Positions 18,585-27,191 are shown, counted from the first letter of the stretch. The stretch: DNA of 64,000 bases from Nitrospinaceae bacterium (GCA_016763735.1 JAESTE010000006.1:778-64777), one strand, 5' to 3'. A program made the numbers and translations. Notes: a model not told the origin generated them from the sequence alone.

Positions 18585-19648
18585 CGTATCGAAGGACTGA
18601 GGTTGCGTACACACGACTTGCACATCGCCAGGCACATGGTCTTGGTGTCGTAGCGGAAGGTATCCGCATCGGTGCCGATCCCCACCTTTAAACACCCTTG
18701 CACAGCGCATTCGTCCCAGCGGGCGTCGCGGCAGTCTCTGCACAACAGCAGCAGGTAATCAGACCCTGCGCTGATCACCACGGCGCAGTCCACACACGCG
18801 CCCAGCGGCACGTCCATGGCCTCGGCGATCTCCAGCAGACTGTTCAGTGCCCGGTGGAACGCAGCGCGACGGAAGGTCAGGTCGGTCAGGGCGTAGACGC
18901 TGTCCAGTCCCGCTGGGCCCAACTTGTCCCCTTGTGCGAGGACACGGTCCTCAGTGCACAGTCTGGCGTCCAGTGTGACAAAGGTTGGGGTTACCAGGCG
19001 GCAAGACGTGCGCTTGCCATGGTTCCCGAACCAACATTCCTTGGCCCCCGCGTTCAACATGACGGAGTGGGCCTGGCAGTATTTCGTACCGATGGTGGCA
19101 CACAGCTGGCACACCTTCATGTTGGGATTGTTCTCCGTGCAGAAACTGGTGTTGGACGGGCAGATTAATTGGGGACAGTCGCTTATGTCACATGGCGTAG
19201 GCACCACTGCACAGTCGGTGCACAGCCTGTGGTCGTGGTCGCAGAACACCTTGCGCGGTTCTTCCTCCATGTACCGGAAGCACAGGTTGCACTGGTAGGT
19301 GTCGACAGACGGGTCGGCGGCCGCAAAGGCAGACAGTATCGACCGTACAGATGCCTTCAGCCCGTGCACGACAGCGCCCAGCTCGACAGCCGTAGGCAGT
19401 TTCGCCACCGACAGGGGTCCACAGGTGGGTGACGAGGCGGTTGAACGGACGATGGGTTCGGTGTCGGGCACCTTGACTTCTTCTTGTGACTTGGAGTTGT
19501 GCGACAAGGTGGTATGGTCGTCGTCAGGGTCGGGCGGGGACAACATCTCCACGTCGGGGTCGGTCCTGAGCCGCTTGGCACTCCATGGGACCTTGCTGTG
19601 GTCTTCCTGTTGTCTCGGTTGTTTGCCAAGTGAAACCTTCATCGACAT
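18440..19648 (-). CDS. RING-like / cysteine-rich zinc-finger protein
   Basis: The track ORF extends to 19711 across the promoter motif cluster. The ATG at 19648 (MSMKVSLGKQ) lies just downstream of that cluster. CNLCFRYMEEEPRKVFCDHDHRLCTDC fits C-x2-C-x12-C-x3-H-x2-C-x2-C. Many further CxxC/CxxxxC pairs follow. Confidence 0.55.
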   Translation of the reverse strand: MSMKVSLGKQPRQQEDHSKVPWSAKRLRTDPDVEMLSPPDPDDDHTTLSHNSKSQEEVKVPDTEPIVRSTASSPTCGPLSVAKLPTAVELGAVVHGLKASVRSILSAFAAADPSVDTYQCNLCFRYMEEEPRKVFCDHDHRLCTDCAVVPTPCDISDCPQLICPSNTSFCTENNPNMKVCQLCATIGTKYCQAHSVMLNAGAKECWFGNHGKRTSCRLVTPTFVTLDARLCTEDRVLAQGDKLGPAGLDSVYALTDLTFRRAAFHRALNSLLEIAEAMDVPLGACVDCAVVISAGSDYLLLLCRDCRDARWDECAVQGCLKVGIGTDADTFRYDTKTMCLAMCKSCVRNLSPSIRYCTMHKCVFNKQNGFTVCPSRPCSGGWVHVRLPEARSVRSAKRTRSP

Positions 19649-19687
19649 GGACGGTTGGAATTGTCCCCGAGAGGATCGGCACACAGA

Positions 19688-19722
19688 GTCGACCATCAAA
19701 GTCGACACCACACAGAGTCGAC
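19688..19722. promoter_or_regulatory. cluster of three GTCGAC(T) motifs upstream of the RING-like gene
   Basis: GTCGAC at 19688, 19701 and 19717. In gene sense this reads GTGTCGACTCTGTGTGGTGTCGACTTTGATGGTCGACTCTGTGTG, 40-75 nt upstream of ATG 19648. Confidence 0.5.
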
Positions 19723-19749
19723 ACGAGGTACGTTTTCATGAACAGGATT

Positions 19750-20385
19750 TTAAAGCAAAAACAGGTACTCCTTGAACTCCCGGTATTGACGAGTCAGTCC
19801 TTCTTCGAGTATACGTCTGACGTTCATACTGTCGTAGTTGGGCCACAACAGCGCCTTGAGTGTGTCGAACTTGCGGTTCTTCAGCGCCATCATGGTGCAC
19901 TCTTCCCCTACCGGACACCCCACAACCCTCAGCCAGCTTAGGAAGGGTGTGTGCCCATTCGCCGCCGCAACGTCAAAGTCTCCTCCAATGAACCGTACAC
20001 CTCTTGCGTACAACCACTTTGCAATGTGAAGATGCCCTGCCCGGGCCACCGCTCCCCTCATACTCCATTCATACCGCGAGTCGACTTTGAACATGTACTC
20101 AACTACGTCCAGGTGTCCGTGCCTGGCCGCGGAGACGATCATGTTTCCACTGCCGGCCCAGTTACTGTGCCAGACGAGCTTGAGCAACGGTGGATACCCC
20201 AGTTTGTATGCGGTGTCAACTGTGCTGTACTTCTCCAGACAGTAAGGGTCCATGAGCAGGTGGTCACTGGTGCACAGGAAGGTCTTGATGTAGTGTGCCA
20301 CGTCCCGGCCCACGAGCAGTGCGACGTACGCCATCCCGTGTCTCTTGGGGGTGAACAGGCTGTCATCCCGCTTGTGTTTCGGCAT
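19750..20385 (-). CDS. ankyrin-repeat protein
   Basis: Degenerate ANK repeats: AARHGHLDVVEYMF, AVARAGHLHIAKWLYARGV, AAANGHTPFLSWLRVVG. The first ATG after the promoter cluster is at 20385 (MPKHKRDD). The track ORF start at 20433 lies inside the GTCGAC cluster. Confidence 0.7.
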   Translation of the reverse strand: MPKHKRDDSLFTPKRHGMAYVALLVGRDVAHYIKTFLCTSDHLLMDPYCLEKYSTVDTAYKLGYPPLLKLVWHSNWAGSGNMIVSAARHGHLDVVEYMFKVDSRYEWSMRGAVARAGHLHIAKWLYARGVRFIGGDFDVAAANGHTPFLSWLRVVGCPVGEECTMMALKNRKFDTLKALLWPNYDSMNVRRILEEGLTRQYREFKEYLFLL

Positions 20386-20419
20386 CTTTTTGTGGCAGTT
20401 GAAGTTGTGAAGTGTGTGA

Positions 20420-20454
20420 GTCGACGCCCACACAAAGTCGACACCAAAGTCGAC
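20420..20454. promoter_or_regulatory. cluster of three GTCGAC(T) motifs upstream of the ankyrin gene
   Basis: GTCGAC at 20420, 20437 and 20449. In gene sense this reads GTGTCGACTTTGGTGTCGACTTTGTGTGGGCGTCGACTCACACAC. It forms a roughly 50-nt block about 90 percent identical to the block upstream of the next gene (21178-21250). Confidence 0.5.
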
Positions 20455-20463
20455 ACGTGGTAT

Positions 20464-21177
20464 TTAATTAGACGGAATGTCGTTAACATACTGCGACTGT
20501 CCGTTCGCCGGCTCCTGTAGAATCTCAAGAACCTGAGCGACTGGGTCTGACCGCAGACGTTCATCCTCAACCAACTGTTCGAAAAGCCGGCGTTTTCCAA
20601 CGAATTGCGTATTCTGATCCTTTGTCAGTGGGAACAGTTGATAAAGACGCCGAAGGTCACGTACGAGAACATTCGCGTCCCTGTTGGCGTCTTGTCTGTC
20701 CACCAACCGGATTCTTGCCAGGTAATCCATCACACTCTCTCGCTTGAACGATGGCTCCTCTACGTCAAGGGGTTTGACCTGCGCCAGCACCCGTCGAGCT
20801 TCACACGCCATTTCCTCGAGCAGAAGGTGGCGATTAAATCGTCTGTGTTGCTCCTCTGTTAGCGGGAACATACGTCGGATGCCGCTTACGACTTCCTCGT
20901 GGTTCTTGCCGCGGAAAAGCCCGACGATGGGTGCGTCTGACATCTCCGTGTCAGTTTGAGTACGATCATCAGGTTCCATAGAGTGGTATTGCACATCTGA
21001 CACACGTATTCGTCCGTACAGAATATCCTCAATCTCGTCCAGATCGCCGTGCGTGATAATGTGTTCGATGGGGTTGTCGCCCAGAAGGTTGCACCGCGGT
21101 TGGCCGGCTTTCCAATAGAGTGCCGCGACGACAACTGCAGCCGATACCAGCCAGAACACAAGTGTCGACCTGTTCAT
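20464..21177 (-). CDS. signal-anchor (type II) membrane protein, unknown function
   Basis: ATG at 21177 gives MNRSTLVFWLVSAAVVVAALYWK, an N-terminal hydrophobic anchor. Internal duplicated motif FPLTEEQHRRF / FPLTKDQNTQF. ATTAAA (20463-20468, minus sense) overlaps the TAA stop. Confidence 0.6.
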   Translation of the reverse strand: MNRSTLVFWLVSAAVVVAALYWKAGQPRCNLLGDNPIEHIITHGDLDEIEDILYGRIRVSDVQYHSMEPDDRTQTDTEMSDAPIVGLFRGKNHEEVVSGIRRMFPLTEEQHRRFNRHLLLEEMACEARRVLAQVKPLDVEEPSFKRESVMDYLARIRLVDRQDANRDANVLVRDLRRLYQLFPLTKDQNTQFVGKRRLFEQLVEDERLRSDPVAQVLEILQEPANGQSQYVNDIPSN

Positions 21178-21206
21178 GCGGTAGATTGAAGGTGTGAGGT
21201 GTGCGA

Positions 21207-21323
21207 GTCGACACCCACACAAAGTCGACATCTGGGTCGACGTCGACTTGGGGGTCCACTCCACACTCCACCAAAGTCGACCAACATGTCGACTTACGAA
21301 GTCGACATCGAAGGCATGTCGAC
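21207..21323. promoter_or_regulatory. divergent promoter region with eight GTCGAC motifs
   Basis: GTCGAC at 21207, 21224, 21236, 21242, 21276, 21288, 21301 and 21318. The region lies between the minus-strand ATG at 21177 and the plus-strand ATG at 21286. The last three copies fall in the first codons of the plus-strand gene. Confidence 0.55.
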
Positions 21324-23076
21324 TCATGTGCATCGTGCCTTGTCATTGCGCCACATGGACCGCTCCGAGCTGAAACGCAGGGTGCCGTACTCGATCAGGG
21401 GACCCCAGAAGTACGTCCGGGAGTTGCACGAACGCTACGTCAACACGATACGTGCGAACTACCCTGCCCTGGCCGACGTGACCTCTGTCATGGTGTACGA
21501 CACGTCCCAGATGGATTGCCGGTCACACATCCGTGCCTTGCCGGTGCGTGCGCTGGTCAAGTGTATCACCACCAACACCCGCTTCCTGTTCATCGTGTTG
21601 GGTAACGCTGCCGACCGCAACGTCTCGGTGTGGGGCTGGCTGGACATGCAGTGGTTCACCTGGTGTGTGCTGGACGCCTCCCTCAAGACCCAGCTGGGGG
21701 TACGCTCCAACCAATGCACCAAAAACCCACCCGTGCACACGTCGTTGTGGCAGACCAGCATCGCCACCAACCTGTCGCTCCCCACCGACTGGAAACCCCC
21801 CAACCAACCCATGGACCTGGGTACCTTGGACTTTGTCTTGCGTCAACACATCTTCTGGCTGGGCTGTGTGCGCAGCAAACTACCCCTTCCGTCTGCTGCC
21901 CTGCTGGCCAACGACGACGCCGTAAGAGAGGACGAGTGGGCCGCCACCTTCCTGTGCTACATGGCCAGCTACGTCTACCGTGTCCATGCTCCTGCCGCCT
22001 GGGAAGCCTTTGTGTGGCGCTGGAACGTGCTGGAACGTCAACTGTTCCGCCTGCGTCTGAGTCGTGCACACCGACACAGAGTGGTGCCCCTGGCGTCCCA
22101 TATCCTGCGCACCAACCTCAAGAGGTACCGAGGCGTGGCGGCTCCGGTCGTAGGGCAGCGTGGTCTGCACATCCCGGCGTTCAGTGTGCCCTTTGAAACC
22201 GTGCCGTACCTGGTGTCCCGTCGTCTGGTGCCCTTGAAGCAGGGACAAGCACTGTTGTCCCCCATGCAGCTGGAAGACTTGGTGGTGCAGAGGTTCCAGC
22301 TGGTAGACCCCTTCGGAGACGGACGCCCTCACTACTCCACGTGGGACTTTGCCCAAGACAAACGCTTCGCCGGCCTCAAGCCTCACCTGCAGAAGCTCCA
22401 GCTGGCAGTACTGGGCACCTCTCCCTCTGAGTCTACCCCCGAGATTGCCCGTCCGCCTCTACAGAGCGCGCTGCACTTCACCCCCTGCATGGTGGCCATC
22501 CACAAGAAGTGGCCTCACTTGCGCTTTGGTCCGCGTCAACTGTACGGCAAGGTCATGTCGCTCCTGAAAGTGTCGTTGCCCTACCTCCAGGGTGTGTGGA
22601 CTGGGCCGTGGCGCAGACACTACGAGAAGAACGCAGAGTCCGAGTCACGCAGCATCGTGGCCTTTTGGAAGAGCCAGCGCAAGCACGTGGACACCCGCGC
22701 GGCACTAGACCCTTCGCATGCCGGCCCTACGTGTCGTCAGATGTGTTCGGCCCACCTGTGCCCCTTTGCCACGGCTACTGACCCACTGGAAGCACAAGAC
22801 TCGGGACGTGCCCGGTGCAGCATCTCTATCGGGTTGCGCAAGGCCGGAGACATTACACACGTGTTCCACAAGACCACTGTATTGAGGCAAACGTTCAGCA
22901 GGCAAGCAGTGGCGGTCGACAAGAAGCACCATCTCGCCGACGAACTGGCCCGTGCACCGCCCACCCGTCCCGTTCCACCCCCTGTGCGCATGATCAAGCG
23001 GATGCGTCGCACGGTTACTGTAGACTACGACGTGAACGAGATGGACGAGAAGTCATCGAATGAACGAAAGCATTGA
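21286..23076 (+). CDS. eukaryotic/archaeal-type DNA primase large (Fe-S) subunit-like protein
   Basis: ATG at 21286 (the upstream part of the track ORF is promoter). HFTPCMVAIHKKWPHLRFGPRQLYGKVMSLLK matches the PriL signature HFPPCM...HLR..GRQQ..LFLK. About 80 aa later, GPTCRQMCSAHLCPF matches the ..C...GCPF Fe-S ligand region. References are yeast Pri2 and human PRIM2, recalled from memory. Confidence 0.5.
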   Translation: MSTYEVDIEGMSTHVHRALSLRHMDRSELKRRVPYSIRGPQKYVRELHERYVNTIRANYPALADVTSVMVYDTSQMDCRSHIRALPVRALVKCITTNTRFLFIVLGNAADRNVSVWGWLDMQWFTWCVLDASLKTQLGVRSNQCTKNPPVHTSLWQTSIATNLSLPTDWKPPNQPMDLGTLDFVLRQHIFWLGCVRSKLPLPSAALLANDDAVREDEWAATFLCYMASYVYRVHAPAAWEAFVWRWNVLERQLFRLRLSRAHRHRVVPLASHILRTNLKRYRGVAAPVVGQRGLHIPAFSVPFETVPYLVSRRLVPLKQGQALLSPMQLEDLVVQRFQLVDPFGDGRPHYSTWDFAQDKRFAGLKPHLQKLQLAVLGTSPSESTPEIARPPLQSALHFTPCMVAIHKKWPHLRFGPRQLYGKVMSLLKVSLPYLQGVWTGPWRRHYEKNAESESRSIVAFWKSQRKHVDTRAALDPSHAGPTCRQMCSAHLCPFATATDPLEAQDSGRARCSISIGLRKAGDITHVFHKTTVLRQTFSRQAVAVDKKHHLADELARAPPTRPVPPPVRMIKRMRRTVTVDYDVNEMDEKSSNERKH

Positions 23077-24746
23077 ACTGTAGGCCCTGTGTACGTATGG
23101 TTGCAGAACACCACCACGTCACGACACTTCTTGGCCACCCGGGTCTTGCACGCCCGCCCTACCGAGCACGGATACACCACAGCACCGTGTACATGTCCGT
23201 AATCCACATGGTAACACGGCTGCGCTTGTACGATCTGTGCCGTAGCCGCCACCACGGCCCAACATGCACACCCGTCTACCGACTCCGACGTGCAGGGCGG
23301 GCAGTCACTGCTGGCTCGAGCCAACAGGTCGTCCACGAAGTTGCGTTGACACAGACACGGATGTTGCAAAAGCAGCGGCGTAAAACAGCCAGGGTTCTCT
23401 GTGGTGGGCCTGAACCGCGTGGCCAGGGTGTAGTTGGCGTGGCATGCACGTGATTGGGTGCAGGCATTCGCCACCAACGACCCCGCTGCCGTGAGATTGA
23501 AGCCGATGTGGTTTCCTCCGGCCTTGTGCAGGTTAGCGCAGTGAGTTGGCCATACGGGTGTGGACACCGTAGGTTGGAAGAGGAAGGGGGAAGGGTTAGA
23601 CGACCTAAACGAGAATCCTTGGTTGCTGACGAACTGTAGGCTGCTGTACACACGAATGGAGTAGTTCAAGTCCAAATGCATGCCAGTGGCTTGGAACGCG
23701 AAGAAGTCCGCGTAGTCCAGGGCCCGCGCCGCGTGCCGTGCCACACGTGTCCCGGCCCACCCGCTTGGGTCGACATGGGGCAGGTGGGTAACGGGAGGGT
23801 TGACGGCTCGACACGTTGCAGAAGGGTCGACTGCGCTGACTGTGCCCCCGAACAGACGAGGAGGGGTGCTGAGGCTCCAGCCTTGTCGCTTCAGGTCCAC
23901 AGCCAAGTCGTGGTGGGCGACCCAGTTCAGGAACTCCCAGCCGGTAGCCGCAGACACCGGGTAGCAGTTGTTGAGGTTGCCAAACACCAAGGTACCCTGG
24001 CCTTGTGCGTAACGCATACGCCACAGAGTGTGTGTGTCGTCCCGTGCTTCCAACAAGTAGGACGAGTGGTTGTCGCCGTGCACCTCGTACACCACCATCC
24101 GTTGGTTGGTGTCCGAGTGGACGAAGCTCCACATCCAGCCCGGCTTGGTCCAGTGGCTGCCTAGGTCGGGCAGAGGAGGCGGTTTGCTGGTGCCGGCCAC
24201 GATCCCCAGCGCTACACTAACCACCAAGGCCAGCACGAGCAGGCTGTGGCAAGCAAACCGGTGGCGACGACACATATCGCGCACACGGCCGGGCCAGGCG
24301 CACGAACACGTAGCAAGCGCTTGCAGGTCCATGAAGTTCTGGAGGATACGCGCCAGGTCAAGGGCGGGCGGTGCTCCGTTGAGAGGCTGGTCTTCCTCCT
24401 TGCCATCGACGTACGCGACGATCCCTCGACAGCCGGCGTTATGGCAGGTGTCATCTCCGACATCTTCGAGGTCGGGCATGTCGTTGTCGAGGATGATACT
24501 GTCGAGGTCGTAGGAGTCGGTGTCGGGGTTTGGTTCATGGTAAGTGACGTGTACAAGACCTCCAAGAGGGGTGTGGTGGACGGGACAGAGGGGCTCGCTG
24601 CCTTGTCGAGTGATGTTAGTGGCGGCAAGGGCGGACACGTGGTCACTGGAGTGCAGGCGGGTGGCGCCTTGACGGAGACGGGAGAGGATGGTGGGGTCAG
24701 AGTCGGAGTCACTTCCTCCTGACATCTCTGCTCCGGCATCCGACAT
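23025..24746 (-). CDS. type II membrane glycoprotein, unknown function
   Basis: 573-aa ORF with a true ATG (ccaccATGt). Acidic Ser/Asp N-terminal region of about 160 aa. Single TM CHSLLVLALVVSVALGIVAG. Cys-rich C-terminal ectodomain of about 390 aa with N-x-S/T sites. Its 3' end overlaps the convergent primase-like gene by 52 nt. Confidence 0.6.
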   Translation of the reverse strand: MSDAGAEMSGGSDSDSDPTILSRLRQGATRLHSSDHVSALAATNITRQGSEPLCPVHHTPLGGLVHVTYHEPNPDTDSYDLDSIILDNDMPDLEDVGDDTCHNAGCRGIVAYVDGKEEDQPLNGAPPALDLARILQNFMDLQALATCSCAWPGRVRDMCRRHRFACHSLLVLALVVSVALGIVAGTSKPPPLPDLGSHWTKPGWMWSFVHSDTNQRMVVYEVHGDNHSSYLLEARDDTHTLWRMRYAQGQGTLVFGNLNNCYPVSAATGWEFLNWVAHHDLAVDLKRQGWSLSTPPRLFGGTVSAVDPSATCRAVNPPVTHLPHVDPSGWAGTRVARHAARALDYADFFAFQATGMHLDLNYSIRVYSSLQFVSNQGFSFRSSNPSPFLFQPTVSTPVWPTHCANLHKAGGNHIGFNLTAAGSLVANACTQSRACHANYTLATRFRPTTENPGCFTPLLLQHPCLCQRNFVDDLLARASSDCPPCTSESVDGCACWAVVAATAQIVQAQPCYHVDYGHVHGAVVYPCSVGRACKTRVAKKCRDVVVFCNHTYTGPTVQCFRSFDDFSSISFTS

Positions 24747-24886
24747 GGTGGAGGCGTGCGTTCGTCGTCAGAGTCGTAATCGGCGTCGGCCAGTTGGTGC
24801 CACATACACACTGCACCTCTTGTGACCACTGACTCGTCGGCCCCTTGCCTCAGCAGTGCCCCATCTGACTGCTCACCCTCAACTGC

Positions 24887-26170
24887 ATGACGTACCGCGG
24901 ACCATGGGAGACCGTGAAACAGCTGGAGATGGAGGTGTTTCCTTGGTGCACCTTGCTGGCCATTAACATCAGCACGCTGTGGTTGATCCAGACCTCGCTC
25001 AACTTCATCAAACCGGTGTCATGGCGTGCCACTGTGTGTCTCTTCGCCACCTTTGTCACCCACACCACCCCGCCACTGGACTCATGTCCTTTGCGTCCTC
25101 CTCCCTTCCGTGTGGAGTCGGCAGGACCCAAGCAGTTCTTGTTGTACGGATTCGCGGCCGTAGGGATCGCCGGGGCACTGGTGCACGGCACCTGGTGGCT
25201 GGTGGTGGTGTGTACCCTCTTCACCGCCGTGCGTCACCGTCTCAAGTTGGCGGTGTACACCATGACGCGGAGGATGGAGCGCCAATGGACGGTGCGTCTG
25301 ACCTTGTGCAGCATGCTGAGCTACCTGACTGCGTTGGGGGCCGGGACCTGGAGCCGTATCATGGTGAGACACGACACACGGGTGTGGCCGCTGTGGGTCT
25401 TGGCCGTAGGCTACCCTGTGATGCGACACGGACTGCGTCTGGCCTTGGCGTGTCTGCTGGGCGACCCACTGGGAGAGAGGCACTCGGTACGCATGTTTGT
25501 CAGCACCACAGTCGACTTGCCGCTCTACATCGTGATCTACACCCAAGACAGCTTTGACACGCTGTGGTTCATGGTGATGGCGCTGGTCGTGGTAGACGTG
25601 GCTGCCACCTTGTGTGAGGTGTGCCCTGATCATTTGTACGGCCGCTCACACATGCCGTGGCTACACTTGGTGGCAGTGGGCATGGTGCTGGTCATGTGGC
25701 CTCTGGAGGAACACGGAGAGCACCCCCACACCACCACAGTCACCACTCTGCAACGCCTGTCTCTGGCCCTGTTCTACATCATGGCCGTGTGGTCAGGGCC
25801 CGGGGTGGTGATGGCGGTAGTGAAGTGCACCCGTGCCACCTGCCCTCGTACGCAGTGGATCCGTCCACGCCACGCACGAGGCCAGTGGGGACATAACAAC
25901 GGGTCACCCGAGACAGAGGTGCAGTCGTTGTTGGCGTCTGAGTCGGACTCTGCCTCCACCCTCATGCACACCCCTCACCTGCGCAGGGTGCAGCGTCTGG
26001 CACGGCAACATGAAGTAGAAGTTCCCCAGACCAAGGCATCGGTGTCTCGCACCTACCATGTGCTGGCCAGTAGTCTAAGTGTGAGCGGGCTGATGCGTGT
26101 GGCGTCGCAGATAGACAGCATTTGCTTTGCCCTGACGGCGTCGGTGCTGGCCACGGCCACACCTGCGTGA
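24887..26170 (+). CDS. multi-pass membrane protein (about 8-10 hydrophobic spans)
   Basis: 427-aa ORF. Hydrophobic spans include FPWCTLLAINISTLWLIQ, FLLYGFAAVGIAGALV, WWLVVVCTLFTAV, LTLCSMLSYLTALGAG, WPLWVLAVGYPVM, LWFMVMALVVVDVAATL, WLHLVAVGMVLVMWPL and LSLALFYIMAVWSGPGVVMAVV. Hydrophilic C-terminal tail. Confidence 0.65.
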   Translation: MTYRGPWETVKQLEMEVFPWCTLLAINISTLWLIQTSLNFIKPVSWRATVCLFATFVTHTTPPLDSCPLRPPPFRVESAGPKQFLLYGFAAVGIAGALVHGTWWLVVVCTLFTAVRHRLKLAVYTMTRRMERQWTVRLTLCSMLSYLTALGAGTWSRIMVRHDTRVWPLWVLAVGYPVMRHGLRLALACLLGDPLGERHSVRMFVSTTVDLPLYIVIYTQDSFDTLWFMVMALVVVDVAATLCEVCPDHLYGRSHMPWLHLVAVGMVLVMWPLEEHGEHPHTTTVTTLQRLSLALFYIMAVWSGPGVVMAVVKCTRATCPRTQWIRPRHARGQWGHNNGSPETEVQSLLASESDSASTLMHTPHLRRVQRLARQHEVEVPQTKASVSRTYHVLASSLSVSGLMRVASQIDSICFALTASVLATATPA

Positions 26171-26240
26171 CGACTCCCAACACATACAATCTTCTTCCCG
26201 CACTCAGTGAGCACTTGTTCGTGAAGGTGTCTGCGGCACC

Positions 26241-26612
26241 ATGCACATCCAGTTGTGTTTGTTAACATGCTTTGTCACCTTGGTCCTGTCGGTACGCACC
26301 ACCAAAATGGAATGCGCGTGCAACGTTATCTTCAAGTTTGCCGCCGAACAGCAATCGTGTGGACTCACAGAGACGGACTCGTATGCCATGTGCATGGACA
26401 TGAAAGACCAGTGCCAGGGCTTGAACATTACCTGCAACAAGGACGGGGACAATACCTGCGGTCATCCGTGCCGTGATTGTGCAAAGACCGACTTGGCCCT
26501 CCCCATCGCACTGTGCATCAACTCCTTCACCATCTCCGGTCTACTGTTATGGATCTCATACAAGGTGTACTATGGCGAGCACCTGGAGTTGGTGCGCAAC
26601 AAGGCAGAGTAA
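26241..26612 (+). CDS. small cysteine-rich type I membrane protein
   Basis: 123 aa, caccATGc context. Signal LCLLTCFVTLVLSV. Cys-rich ectodomain of about 70 aa. TM LALPIALCINSFTISGLLLWISY. Confidence 0.6.
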   Translation: MHIQLCLLTCFVTLVLSVRTTKMECACNVIFKFAAEQQSCGLTETDSYAMCMDMKDQCQGLNITCNKDGDNTCGHPCRDCAKTDLALPIALCINSFTISGLLLWISYKVYYGEHLELVRNKAE

Positions 26613-26617
26613 CGATC

Positions 26618-26631
26618 AATACACGTGTATT
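26618..26631. terminator. 14-bp perfect palindrome between convergent stop codons
   Basis: AATACACGTGTATT fills the gap between the TAA stop at 26610-26612 (plus gene) and the minus-gene stop at 26631-26633. The 3'-end or terminator role is only inferred. Confidence 0.25.
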
Positions 26632-27191
26632 CAATGGTTGATGGAGTCAAGAAGCCCATCTTCTAGTTGGTCACGCTTCTTGGAGGTGCAGCGTACGTAG
26701 ACGCCGTATCCAATCGCGAAGCAGATCAACAGGATCACCAGCGCCAAGGTAAGATGCAGGAGCGTGTTGCTGCAGACGGCAGGGGACGACGGCAGGGAGG
26801 GGCAGATCAGCGAAGGGACGAGCAGACAGTTGTTCACGCATTGGTTGTGGTCCACAAAGATCTTGCGGCTGGTGAGAGGGGTGATGTCGACTCCAGGAGA
26901 CGACGCGATGTTGCCGGACCAGCACCCAAACCTGTCCATCCCATTGATGAAGCTCTTCAGGGCAGCCAAGTTCTCTGCGGCCAGAGCTTCGTGCGGTGCC
27001 TGGGTCAGACACAGGTCGCACGTCCGGTTGTATGTACATTCTCCCATGGCCGACAGTACGTGGTCGATGCTTGGGTCCAGCATGCGGCAGCACAGGCTGG
27101 TGTCTACAGAGAAGTGGCACGTGGCGCCGTCGGCCTTCATGACCCGGCCCATCAACAGCAAGAAGGCGACCAGATAAAAGAGACCTGGCAT
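26631..27191 (-). CDS. type I membrane glycoprotein, unknown function
   Basis: 186 aa, aaaccATGc context. Signal MPGLFYLVAFLLLMGRVMKADG. Cys-containing ectodomain. TM LLHLTLALVILLICFAIGYGVYV. Confidence 0.6.
   Translation of the reverse strand: MPGLFYLVAFLLLMGRVMKADGATCHFSVDTSLCCRMLDPSIDHVLSAMGECTYNRTCDLCLTQAPHEALAAENLAALKSFINGMDRFGCWSGNIASSPGVDITPLTSRKIFVDHNQCVNNCLLVPSLICPSLPSSPAVCSNTLLHLTLALVILLICFAIGYGVYVRCTSKKRDQLEDGLLDSINH

Noticed and set aside
21207-21323. The GTCGAC repeat clusters and the two large inverted repeats, considered as possible CRISPR arrays or prokaryotic repeat elements.
   Set aside because: The repeats are 6-12 nt with irregular 5-20-nt spacing and there are no unique spacers of constant length. 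They lie at promoters of eukaryote-style genes. The whole window lacks prokaryotic hallmarks.
24887-26170. The multi-pass membrane protein considered as a viral rhodopsin, GPCR or ion channel.
   Set aside because: There is no seven-helix pattern with a retinal-binding Lys in the last helix. There are no DRY/NPxxY-type motifs and no recognisable selectivity-filter sequence. The number of hydrophobic spans looks greater than 7.
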